DNA of 27,048 nt from a virus (lineage: Duplodnaviria > Caudoviricetes): positions 1 to 27,048 of IMG/VR virus record IMGVR_UViG_3300007346_000179; one strand, written 5' to 3'. The position numbers and the translations under genes were made by a program. Shown here piece after piece: positions 1-7,296 of the stretch. Positions within the stretch are counted from its first letter, which is position 1; each line of letters begins with the position of its first letter. The notes under the pieces were generated by a model that was not told the DNA's origin, made no database searches, and saw nothing but the letters and a program-made list of their open reading frames with translations.

Positions 1-2
1 AA

Positions 3-65
3 GCACTAGCAGTTTACAAAGAAGCATTAACAGATGCAGAATTACAATCTTTAACAACACAATAA
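3..65 (+). CDS. 3' end of a tail-associated protein (LamG/concanavalin-like C-terminus), partial
   Basis: Frame 3 reads ALAVYKEALTDAELQSLTTQ*, resembling the 'xIYNRALSxxEI' end of LamG-like domains; truncated by the window. Confidence 0.5.
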   Translation, partial: ALAVYKEALTDAELQSLTTQ

Positions 66-66
66 A

Positions 67-390
67 ATGCACATATACAAATTAGTTTTTGATACAGAAC
101 AACAAGGCAAACAAGTCTTAATAAATAACAACGTTTGGGAAGAAGTAACAATAGAGGGTGTTACGTCAATGCAATATATTAACGGAACAAAAGGTGTTGT
201 AAATATTGGAAAAGTAATAGACCCTGCTAAGACAACAGACCCTGAGCATCCTGTATATTATGATGGTTGGGCTTATGATGTTATAAGCACAGATGAATTA
301 GACTTTGGAAGCTTTGAGGTTTATCCTGCTGATAATGCAGTACATCAATTCTATGGATATCCTAGAAATGCAGAAGTGCCTAAACCTTAA
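67..390 (+). CDS. Hypothetical phage protein (tail-associated region)
   Basis: 107-aa ORF starting 1 nt after the upstream stop; no recognisable motif. Confidence 0.7.
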   Translation: MHIYKLVFDTEQQGKQVLINNNVWEEVTIEGVTSMQYINGTKGVVNIGKVIDPAKTTDPEHPVYYDGWAYDVISTDELDFGSFEVYPADNAVHQFYGYPRNAEVPKP

Positions 391-404
391 CTTAAATTTT
401 TATT

Positions 405-848
405 ATGAAAAAAATAAGTAAAAATATTTCATACAAAGAAGCAACGTATTCTAATTATGCTAAAAAATATAAGATAGCAAATAAGCCTGATGATGAACAG
501 ATTGAAAATATGAAGTTAGTTGCTGAAGAAGTTTTTCAACCATTAAGGGAATGGGCAAATCATCCTATTAAAGTAAATAGTTTTTTTAGATCTAAGAAGC
601 TAAATTCAGGAATCGGTGGCTCATCTGTTTCAAGTCATTTGACAGGTAATGCTATTGATATTACTACACTAGGTGAAAAGACTAATTTAGAATTATTTAA
701 CTACATAAAAGACAATTTAGAGTTTGACCAATTAATTTGGGAATTTGGCTCACAAAACCCTAAATGGATTCACGTTTCTTTTAAAGAAAAAGACAATAGA
801 AAGCAAGTATTAAAAACTTTAAAAAAAGGAATTTATTATACTTTATAG
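405..848 (+). CDS. Endolysin, peptidase M15A family Zn-peptidase
   Basis: Motifs NSFFRS, SSHLTGNAID (H-x6-D) and WIHVS; next to holin-like genes. Confidence 0.85.
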   Translation: MKKISKNISYKEATYSNYAKKYKIANKPDDEQIENMKLVAEEVFQPLREWANHPIKVNSFFRSKKLNSGIGGSSVSSHLTGNAIDITTLGEKTNLELFNYIKDNLEFDQLIWEFGSQNPKWIHVSFKEKDNRKQVLKTLKKGIYYTL

Positions 849-850
849 AT

Positions 851-1315
851 ATGCCAATACCAAACAAAAAGATAGGAGAAAAGCGAAAAGATTATATGAT
901 GAGGTGTGTACCTCAACTTATGCAGTATCACGATAAATCTCAAGCTATTGCAATATGCTATAAATCTTTTGAGGGTAATATGGTTAATTTAGAAACCTAT
1001 AATGACTATCCTGAAAGTGCAAAGAACAATGCTAAAAAAGTATTAAGGTGGAGAGAAAAGTACGGAAGTGAAGTTAAGGGAATGACTAGAGTAGGTTGGG
1101 TTAGAGCAAACCAATTAGCAAAGGGAGAAAACATAAGTAGGGAAACAATAGCTAGAATGTCAGCTTTTCAAAGACATAAAAAAAATGCAGAGGTAAGTCC
1201 TGAAAACAAAAGCACACCTTGGAAAGACAATGGGTATGTTGCTTGGTTAGGTTGGGGTGGAACATCAGGTATTAATTGGGCTTCTAAGAAGCTAAAATCA
1301 ATAGATAAAAAATGA
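851..1315 (+). CDS. Conserved phage protein of unknown function
   Basis: 154 aa; N-terminal MMRC...QAIAICY segment followed by a VGWVRANQLA...VAWLGWGG domain recalled from marine phage proteins. Confidence 0.6.
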   Translation: MPIPNKKIGEKRKDYMMRCVPQLMQYHDKSQAIAICYKSFEGNMVNLETYNDYPESAKNNAKKVLRWREKYGSEVKGMTRVGWVRANQLAKGENISRETIARMSAFQRHKKNAEVSPENKSTPWKDNGYVAWLGWGGTSGINWASKKLKSIDKK

Positions 1316-1461
1316 TTTCAGATTACAAAACAATATTAATAAATTTAAGTAGCTTCGGCATATCAATGACCAATATAGACATAGGACTTAAAATAATTCT
1401 TTTAAGCATAACAATAGGATATACTATTCAAAAATGGTATTTATTAAATAAAAATAAATAG
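1312..1461 (+). CDS. Small membrane protein, putative holin/lysis accessory (not in ORF track)
   Basis: ATGA overlap with the upstream stop; MISDYKTILINLSSFGISMTNIDIGLKIILLSITIGYTIQKWYLLNKNK, hydrophobic core with basic tail. Confidence 0.6.
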   Translation: MISDYKTILINLSSFGISMTNIDIGLKIILLSITIGYTIQKWYLLNKNK

Positions 1462-1463
1462 TA

Positions 1464-1904
1464 ATGCCTAAAAAGAAATTTAAAGATACCAAAGTTGGTC
1501 AGTTTATTTTAAAAAAAATACCTAGCTTTGTTGGTGATATACTTCCTGAGAAAGGGGTTTTAGGAGTTGTTAAAAATTTAATTGATAACGATCCTGAATT
1601 AACAAGTCAAGACAAAATACAATTACATAACGAGTTAATTGAATTATATCAGCTAGAAGTTGCAGATAGAGATTCAGCAAGAAAACGTGAGGTTGAAAAA
1701 GCTAAATCAGGTGGGTTTGATTTTATGTTTAACTTAACAGGTGTTATTGGCTTAGGTGCTTTTGCTTTTATTATTTATGCTATTGTTTTTTTAAATATAC
1801 CTGAATCGAACAAGGAAGTTTGGATTCATTTGATTGGTATTTGTGAGGGAATTGTACTATCAATTTTTGGTTACTTTTTCGGATCTGCAGTAAGAAAAAA
1901 TTAA
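1464..1904 (+). CDS. Holin-like protein (GTA_holin_3TM-like)
   Basis: DRDSARKRE motif, two C-terminal hydrophobic helices, ends GYFFGS; in the lysis cassette. Confidence 0.7.
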   Translation: MPKKKFKDTKVGQFILKKIPSFVGDILPEKGVLGVVKNLIDNDPELTSQDKIQLHNELIELYQLEVADRDSARKREVEKAKSGGFDFMFNLTGVIGLGAFAFIIYAIVFLNIPESNKEVWIHLIGICEGIVLSIFGYFFGSAVRKN

Positions 1905-2086
1905 ATATATTGGTAAGTATTTAAAGATTATAATTCCTAAGTCTTTATTTTTATTATATTATTATTGTATTTTATATTTATTTCTAGATATATTTATATA
2001 TATTTGGTTATATGTTTAAATAAAAAAATTTAAATTTATTATTTTTATTCTACAAAAAAAAACATTTTAATCAAAATTTTAAAATT
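1905..2086. other. Extremely AT-rich intergenic region at the late/early boundary
   Basis: Almost only A/T over ~1941-2086; contains TATATTTG at 1999-2006. Confidence 0.55.
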
Positions 2087-2251
2087 ATGCAATTCAAATT
2101 AGATGTAAACCACCTTTATAAAGAAGATAAGAAAGAAGAAAAAGATATGTATTCAATTAAGTTAGAAACATATAATGGAAAGGTAGAGGGTAAGTTTGAA
2201 AGAAGTGAAATTAGGCATATTATACAGATTTTAGATAATGCCATCGAATAA
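2087..2251 (+). CDS. Hypothetical protein, 54 aa (not in ORF track)
   Basis: MQFKLDVNHLYKEDKKEEKDMYSIKLETYNGKVEGKFERSEIRHIIQILDNAIE; overlaps the ninG start. Confidence 0.7.
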   Translation: MQFKLDVNHLYKEDKKEEKDMYSIKLETYNGKVEGKFERSEIRHIIQILDNAIE

Positions 2252-2633
2252 AAAGGTAAGCAGAAGTAAATTAGTTAAAAAGCTAGATACTATATTTAGC
2301 CAATATATTAGACTAAAAAATTCAGTAGATGAAAAAGCTACCTGCTTTACTTGTGGCAAGGTGGATCATTGGAAGAAATTACAGAACGGGCATTTTCAAT
2401 CACGTAAACATTATTCAACTAGATGGGATGAGGTAAATTGCCAAGTACAATGTGCAGGATGCAATGTTTTTAAATATGGAGAACAATATAAATTTTCCGT
2501 AAACCTAGATGCTAAATATGGTGAGGGAACTGCAGAAAGATTAAGCATAAAAGCACAACAAATAATAAAGCTATCAAACTTTGAAATAGAAGATATGATA
2601 AAAAGATATAAAAACTTTGTAGATTCAATGTAA
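2238..2633 (+). CDS. ninG: NinG/Rap-family recombination endonuclease
   Basis: FSQYIRL...CFTCG...GHFQSR...TRWDEVNCQVQCAGCN pattern of lambda NinG. Confidence 0.85.
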   Translation: MPSNKKVSRSKLVKKLDTIFSQYIRLKNSVDEKATCFTCGKVDHWKKLQNGHFQSRKHYSTRWDEVNCQVQCAGCNVFKYGEQYKFSVNLDAKYGEGTAERLSIKAQQIIKLSNFEIEDMIKRYKNFVDSM

Positions 2634-2646
2634 TTAACTACATTTG
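2616..2646 (+). promoter_or_regulatory. Bacteroidota primary-sigma promoter
   Basis: TTTG (2616-2619), 19-nt spacer, TACATTTG (2639-2646): exact -33/-7 consensus. Confidence 0.75.
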
Positions 2647-2649
2647 ATT

Positions 2650-2712
2650 ATTCTTTGTTCTGTTATACTTTGATATTAAAAGGGGTAAAATTAATTTTTT
2701 GCCCTTTTTTTT
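2650..2712 (+). ncRNA. Candidate small antisense regulatory RNA (~60 nt)
   Basis: ORF-less stretch between a consensus promoter and an intrinsic terminator; TTTGTTCTGTT (2654-2664) is the reverse complement of AACAGAACAAA found at early-gene starts. Confidence 0.6.
2678..2712 (+). terminator. Intrinsic terminator
   Basis: AAAAGGGGTAAAA / TTTTGCCCTTTT stem with G-U pairs, followed by a T-tract. Confidence 0.8.
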
Positions 2713-2725
2713 GTTTTAAACCTTA

Positions 2726-2751
2726 GTTATTAAATTTTTTGTTTATATTTG
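2726..2751 (+). promoter_or_regulatory. Putative early promoter
   Basis: -7 element TATATTTG (2744-2751) preceded by GTTATTAAATTTT, which also occurs at 7032; -33 element poor. Confidence 0.5.
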
Positions 2752-2784
2752 TTCAACAGAATTATTAATTAATATAAAAAAAGT

Positions 2785-2934
2785 ATGGTAACACAAAGAA
2801 CTACCTTAAATAAAAAGGTAAAAGAATTACAACAAGAATTGTATGTAGCAGTTCTAAATGACAACAAGAAAATTATTCCTGATCTAGAAAAGAAAATCGA
2901 GATAGCTAAATCAACTTTATTAAATCTAGACTAA
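2785..2934 (+). CDS. Small coiled-coil-like protein, 49 aa (not in ORF track)
   Basis: MVTQRTTLNKKVKELQQELYVAVLNDNKKIIPDLEKKIEIAKSTLLNLD; TAATG coupling to the next gene. Confidence 0.7.
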   Translation: MVTQRTTLNKKVKELQQELYVAVLNDNKKIIPDLEKKIEIAKSTLLNLD

Positions 2935-3071
2935 TGGGAATAAATTATTCAACAGAAACATCTAAATCAATTATAGAAGAATATGAGTTTAGAATAAATG
3001 CATTACTAAAAAAAATAGAATTTTTAGAAGCACAAATAGAAGTATCAAAACAAATTTTTAAAGACAGATAA
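2934..3071 (+). CDS. Small coiled-coil-like protein, 45 aa (not in ORF track)
   Basis: MGINYSTETSKSIIEEYEFRINALLKKIEFLEAQIEVSKQIFKDR; tightly packed between neighbours. Confidence 0.7.
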   Translation: MGINYSTETSKSIIEEYEFRINALLKKIEFLEAQIEVSKQIFKDR

Positions 3072-3073
3072 AA

Positions 3074-3469
3074 ATGAACAGAGAAAAATTATTAGAACTT
3101 TACAAAAAATACGATTTACAAAAGGAAGATGTTTATAAGCATCAACATTATGTAATTATCACTAGACAAGGTATTGAAAAAATACAGGCTAAAGAAAACA
3201 TTACTATAACTTATGAGGTTATAAGATGTGAAACTAACTTTGCAGTATTTAAAGCGAATGCATATCTTTCAGCAAAACCAAATACAATCTTAGAAACTTT
3301 TGGAAGTGCATTAAAAGGTGCTAATTATAAAGATGGAAATTGCAATAGTTGGTATGTTGCTGAAATGGCAGAGAAACGAGCATTAAGCAGGGCTGTTTTA
3401 AAACTTACAGGTTTTTATGAACTAGGAGTTTTTGGTGAAGATGAATCAGATGATTTTAAAAAGAAATAA
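3074..3469 (+). CDS. Putative single-strand annealing protein (Rad52/Sak-like)
   Basis: ETFGSA...EMAEKRALSRAVLKL.G pattern; directly upstream of the SSB. Confidence 0.5.
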   Translation: MNREKLLELYKKYDLQKEDVYKHQHYVIITRQGIEKIQAKENITITYEVIRCETNFAVFKANAYLSAKPNTILETFGSALKGANYKDGNCNSWYVAEMAEKRALSRAVLKLTGFYELGVFGEDESDDFKKK

Positions 3470-3486
3470 TTTAAATTTTATATATT

Positions 3487-3780
3487 ATGAGTACATTAAT
3501 TACAGGATCAATTAGAGTAGATAAGCTACCAAAAGAAAAATTTATAATGGGCAAAGACGGAGCAGTCTATTATAATTTCACAATATCAGTTCAGGATGAA
3601 ACTAGATATGGAAACAATGTTGCTTTTATGGATAGTCAAACCAAAGAAGAAAGGGATGCTAAAGTTCAAAAAAATTACTTAGGAAATGGAAAAGTAGTTT
3701 GGACTGATGGAAATATCACTTTAGCAGAAAAAGAAGAAGCTAAGGTTGAAGCAACTGCAGATGCAGACTTACCATTTTAA
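3487..3780 (+). CDS. ssb: Single-stranded DNA-binding protein
   Basis: Beta-rich 97-aa protein with YLGNGKV and an acidic C-terminal tail ending DADLPF. Confidence 0.7.
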   Translation: MSTLITGSIRVDKLPKEKFIMGKDGAVYYNFTISVQDETRYGNNVAFMDSQTKEERDAKVQKNYLGNGKVVWTDGNITLAEKEEAKVEATADADLPF

Positions 3781-3797
3781 AACTAACCATTTTTAAT

Positions 3798-3836
3798 AAA
3801 AAAGGTGTAGGTTTTATAATCTATACCTTTTTTTTT
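3798..3836 (+). terminator. Intrinsic terminator (possibly bidirectional)
   Basis: AAAAAAGGTGTAGGTT-ttat-AATCTATACC followed by a T-tract. Confidence 0.8.
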
Positions 3837-3849
3837 ATATATTTATCAA

Positions 3850-4695
3850 ATGACAGAAAAACAGAACGAACACAGAATGTTAATGCAATTTATAGAAGAA
3901 GATTGTTTTATAAATTCTAAAGAAAAAGTAGACTATCCACCTGTAGCATTATCTTATGGTGAGAAAGTAGTAAAATCAAATAAAATAGATGGTGATTTAA
4001 TTGTACCGATAGCATTAGGAACATACGGAAATCTATCAGTAGTAACTGCACCACCTAAAACAAAGAAAACATTTTTTATATCACTATTAGCATCTTGTTA
4101 TTTAAGTGATAAAAATCAATTTGGAGGAGATATAAAAGGACATCGTGGAGAAGATGGACAATTAATTCATATAGATACAGAACAAGGGGCTTGGCATTGC
4201 CAAAAAGTATTTGAAAGGGTGCATAAAATGGACTCTAATATTAATTCAGAAATTTATCATACCTTTGGATTGAGGTCAATAGACTATAAAATGAGAATTG
4301 AATTCATAGATTACTATTTAAAAGAAAGAATTAAAACACCATCTTTATTAATTATAGATGGTATTGCAGATTTATGTTCTGATGCTAACAATATTTCTGA
4401 AAGTAATCATCTAGTTCAGAAATTAATGGAATGGTCATCAATTTACAAATGCCACATAATAAACGTTATACATCAAAACTTTGGTAGTTCAAAACTAGGT
4501 ACAGGTCATCTAGGTAGTTTCTTAGAAAAGAAAGCAGAAACGGTAATTCAGCTAGAAGCAAACACTGTGAACAAAGATTGGGTAACTGTAAAGTGTGGAA
4601 GATCTAGAGGTTATTCTTTTGATACTTTTAGCTTCGAAGTTAATGATTTTGGATTACCTCAAATAGTAGAAAATTTATATGACCCATTGAAATAA
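3850..4695 (+). CDS. AAA_25/RepA-like ATPase, putative replicative helicase
   Basis: Variant Walker A APPKTKKT, IDTEQG, Walker B LLIIDG, VIHQN, GHLGSFLEKKAETV. Confidence 0.75.
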   Translation: MTEKQNEHRMLMQFIEEDCFINSKEKVDYPPVALSYGEKVVKSNKIDGDLIVPIALGTYGNLSVVTAPPKTKKTFFISLLASCYLSDKNQFGGDIKGHRGEDGQLIHIDTEQGAWHCQKVFERVHKMDSNINSEIYHTFGLRSIDYKMRIEFIDYYLKERIKTPSLLIIDGIADLCSDANNISESNHLVQKLMEWSSIYKCHIINVIHQNFGSSKLGTGHLGSFLEKKAETVIQLEANTVNKDWVTVKCGRSRGYSFDTFSFEVNDFGLPQIVENLYDPLK

Positions 4696-5180
4696 TGTCT
4701 GAAAAAGAAGTTATATTATTACTAGCTAAAAAGCATAAGACTTGGATTAATGTTGTTAATTCATTTGGTTGTAATAAAACAATAGCTGAAGACATTGTAC
4801 AGGAAATGTATATTAAGATTATACCAAAAATAGAAGCAGGTTTAGACATTATTTATTATGATAATGATATTAATTACTACTACATTTATAAAGTTCTAAA
4901 AACATTATACATAGATTTAAAACGTAAGGGTAAAAATATTACAATGCTTAATATAGAAGATACCAATTATACTAAATTAGATTGTGATGTAGATTATGAT
5001 GAAGCCTATGATAAAATAAAATCTGAATTAAATAAGATGTTTTGGTATGACAGAAAAGTATTTGAAATAATAAACGAGGGTGAAAGTATAGCAGATTTTT
5101 CTAGAAATTCGTATATTGAATATTATACACTTTACAACACATATAGAAAAGTAAAGGACAAATTAAAAAAGCTACTATGA
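4695..5180 (+). CDS. ECF-type (sigma-70 family) RNA polymerase sigma factor
   Basis: Region-2-like AEDIVQEMYIK, LYIDLKRK, and a C-terminal region-4-like HTH; 161 aa. Confidence 0.75.
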   Translation: MSEKEVILLLAKKHKTWINVVNSFGCNKTIAEDIVQEMYIKIIPKIEAGLDIIYYDNDINYYYIYKVLKTLYIDLKRKGKNITMLNIEDTNYTKLDCDVDYDEAYDKIKSELNKMFWYDRKVFEIINEGESIADFSRNSYIEYYTLYNTYRKVKDKLKKLL

Positions 5181-5647
5181 TAATCAAATTAACAGACAAA
5201 GAATTAGATTGGTGCAAAGATTTAGCAATGAAAAGATCAGGCTCAATGAATCACGCAGATACAAAAAATAGTTCTAATTTCTTTAAAAGTAAACCTGCTT
5301 GGTGGAGGCATTACATAGGTGTTCTTGGAGAATATGCTTATTCTAAACATACAGGAGAACAGGTTGATGTATTAACTATTGGCAAGGGTGATTCAGGAAG
5401 CGACTTTAAATATGGTGTCGATGTTAAATCTTCTAATTCTAAGAACAGACCACCTTTATTATTATTTGCAAATCAATTTAAAAGAAAGATAGCAAAGCAT
5501 TATGTACTTGCTTGGGTGCAGGAAAACTCTGTTGAATTAATAGGTCATATAAAAAGAAAAAAAGTAATAGAATTAAAAGAAATAAAAGATTTTGGCTTCG
5601 GAGAAACATACGTAATTGACAATAAATACTTAACAAAATTTAAATGA
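5177..5647 (+). CDS. Putative PD-(D/E)xK nuclease-fold protein
   Basis: GVLGEYA...DSGSDF...VDVKS catalytic-like pattern. Confidence 0.5.
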   Translation: MIIKLTDKELDWCKDLAMKRSGSMNHADTKNSSNFFKSKPAWWRHYIGVLGEYAYSKHTGEQVDVLTIGKGDSGSDFKYGVDVKSSNSKNRPPLLLFANQFKRKIAKHYVLAWVQENSVELIGHIKRKKVIELKEIKDFGFGETYVIDNKYLTKFK

Positions 5648-6270
5648 AAGTTTTAGAATTATTTGCAGGAAGTAGAAGTATTGGAAAAGCAGCTGAAAGT
5701 TTAGGTTATGATGTTTTTAGTAGTGATGTAAATGACTTTGATAAAATAGATTATGTAGTTGATATATTAAATTTTGATATAAAAAAAGTTCCATTTCAGC
5801 CTGATATTATATGGGCTAGTCCACCTTGCACAACTTATAGTATTGCTGCTATTTCACACCATAGACCTAAAAATAAACCATTGTCTAATTTTGCAATTAA
5901 AAGCGATTTGATTGTGAAAAAAACATTACAAATTATTAAAGAATTAAATCCTGATAAATGGTATATTGAAAATCCTAGGGGTTTATTAAGAAAACAAAAT
6001 TTTATGATTGGTTTACCAAAAACAACAGTTTGGTATTGTACCTACGGAGATAATAGAGCAAAACCTACAGATATTTGGAGCAATAATATAAGATCATTAT
6101 TAAATATAAATGGATGGCAGCCTAGACCTGAATGTTTTAATGGGAATAATAATTGTCATCACGAATCAGCACCAAGGGGAAGTAGAACAGGAACACAAGG
6201 AATAAAAGGTAATTATAATAGAAGTAAGATACCAAATGAACTTTGTTTAGAAATTTTAAAATCGATATAA
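5644..6270 (+). CDS. Short C5 cytosine DNA methyltransferase
   Basis: Motif I VLELFAG, motif IV WASPPC, motif VI IENP; only 208 aa. Confidence 0.8.
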   Translation: MKVLELFAGSRSIGKAAESLGYDVFSSDVNDFDKIDYVVDILNFDIKKVPFQPDIIWASPPCTTYSIAAISHHRPKNKPLSNFAIKSDLIVKKTLQIIKELNPDKWYIENPRGLLRKQNFMIGLPKTTVWYCTYGDNRAKPTDIWSNNIRSLLNINGWQPRPECFNGNNNCHHESAPRGSRTGTQGIKGNYNRSKIPNELCLEILKSI

Positions 6271-6416
6271 TGAAATTAGGAGATTTAATTTATTACATAA
6301 CTAAATATACAGGTATTAAATACCTTGTAGATAAATATCACGCTTATAAAGGAACAAAATGTAATTGTGATAAAAGACGAGAAAGTCTTAATAATATAAA
6401 AATTAAAAGATGGTAA
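6270..6416 (+). CDS. Small conserved phage protein with CxC (not in ORF track)
   Basis: MKLGDLIYYITKYTGIKYLVDKYHAYKGTKCNCDKRRESLNNIKIKRW; TAATG coupling. Confidence 0.7.
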   Translation: MKLGDLIYYITKYTGIKYLVDKYHAYKGTKCNCDKRRESLNNIKIKRW

Positions 6417-6628
6417 AATTTGAAAAAGAAGATAGAATTGATTGGCGAAAATTCAGGATGGGTAAAAAACAGCACTTATCCCCTGAAGAATTTGAATTGG
6501 TTTGCCAACTCCACGCAAAGTATTACAACCATAAATACCATAAACCCTGTACTTGTAACCCCAAAAGAATAGTTCAATGGATTAAAGAATTGAATATCAT
6601 TTGGAACAATGGGATTAAAAAAAATTAA
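6410..6628 (+). CDS. Small Cys/His-containing phage protein
   Basis: 72 aa with HAKYYNHKYHKPCTCNP. Confidence 0.65.
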   Translation: MVKFEKEDRIDWRKFRMGKKQHLSPEEFELVCQLHAKYYNHKYHKPCTCNPKRIVQWIKELNIIWNNGIKKN

Positions 6629-7025
6629 TAAGTGGGAAAAGGCAGTTGTGTTCCTGCTTAACTTAGATGGATGGGATTTAAAATGGTGTGGTGATGGTTT
6701 CACTAGATACGATGCAATAGGTAAAACACCAAGGGGAAAAGACTGCGTTATTGAAATGAAATTTCGTAATAAGTATTACGAACAGAAGATGCTTGAGAAA
6801 GATAAGTACGATGCTCTAATGTCATTAGATGAAGATGTAATTAAATTATATTTTGTTAATGATCCTAAAGGCAACTTTTTATATTGGCTTAATAATCTAC
6901 ATATGCCAATACCTGTAAAAAAATATTGTCCTGACACTACAATGTGGACAAAAAAAAGACTTCTTAAAGATGTTTATTTACTAGAAGAAAACGATGCTAG
7001 TATAATTAATATTAATATTTCTTAA
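6609..7025 (+). CDS. PD-(D/E)xK endonuclease-like protein
   Basis: RYDAIG...VIEMKFR motif. Confidence 0.6.
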   Translation: MGLKKINKWEKAVVFLLNLDGWDLKWCGDGFTRYDAIGKTPRGKDCVIEMKFRNKYYEQKMLEKDKYDALMSLDEDVIKLYFVNDPKGNFLYWLNNLHMPIPVKKYCPDTTMWTKKRLLKDVYLLEENDASIININIS

Positions 7026-7031
7026 AAAAAA

Positions 7032-7102
7032 GTTATTAAATTTTCTGTTTATAAGTATATTTATATTATATTTATACTTTATTAATTATTAAAACAGAAC
7101 AA
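7032..7102 (+). promoter_or_regulatory. Early host-sigma promoter plus conserved leader (copy 1)
   Basis: CTG (7045-7047), N19, TATATTTA (7067-7074); leader TTATTAATTATTAAAACAGAACAA (7079-7102) identical to 12959-12982. Confidence 0.65.
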
Positions 7103-7285
7103 ATGTCAACAGAACAAAAAAAATCAAATTTAGCAAAAGCATTCGAGAAAAAAAATGCTTTAAACTTAGATCTAACAACAGAACAATTTATTTCATTAAA
7201 TGATATATTATGTGATCTAGCAAACCAAGAATTTGAAAAGGGTTTAAATAAGGGTTTAGAAATAGGTAATATGTTTAACCAATAA
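7103..7285 (+). CDS. Small early hypothetical protein
   Basis: 60-aa ORF directly after the early promoter and leader. Confidence 0.7.
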   Translation: MSTEQKKSNLAKAFEKKNALNLDLTTEQFISLNDILCDLANQEFEKGLNKGLEIGNMFNQ

Positions 7286-7296
7286 AAACAGAACAG

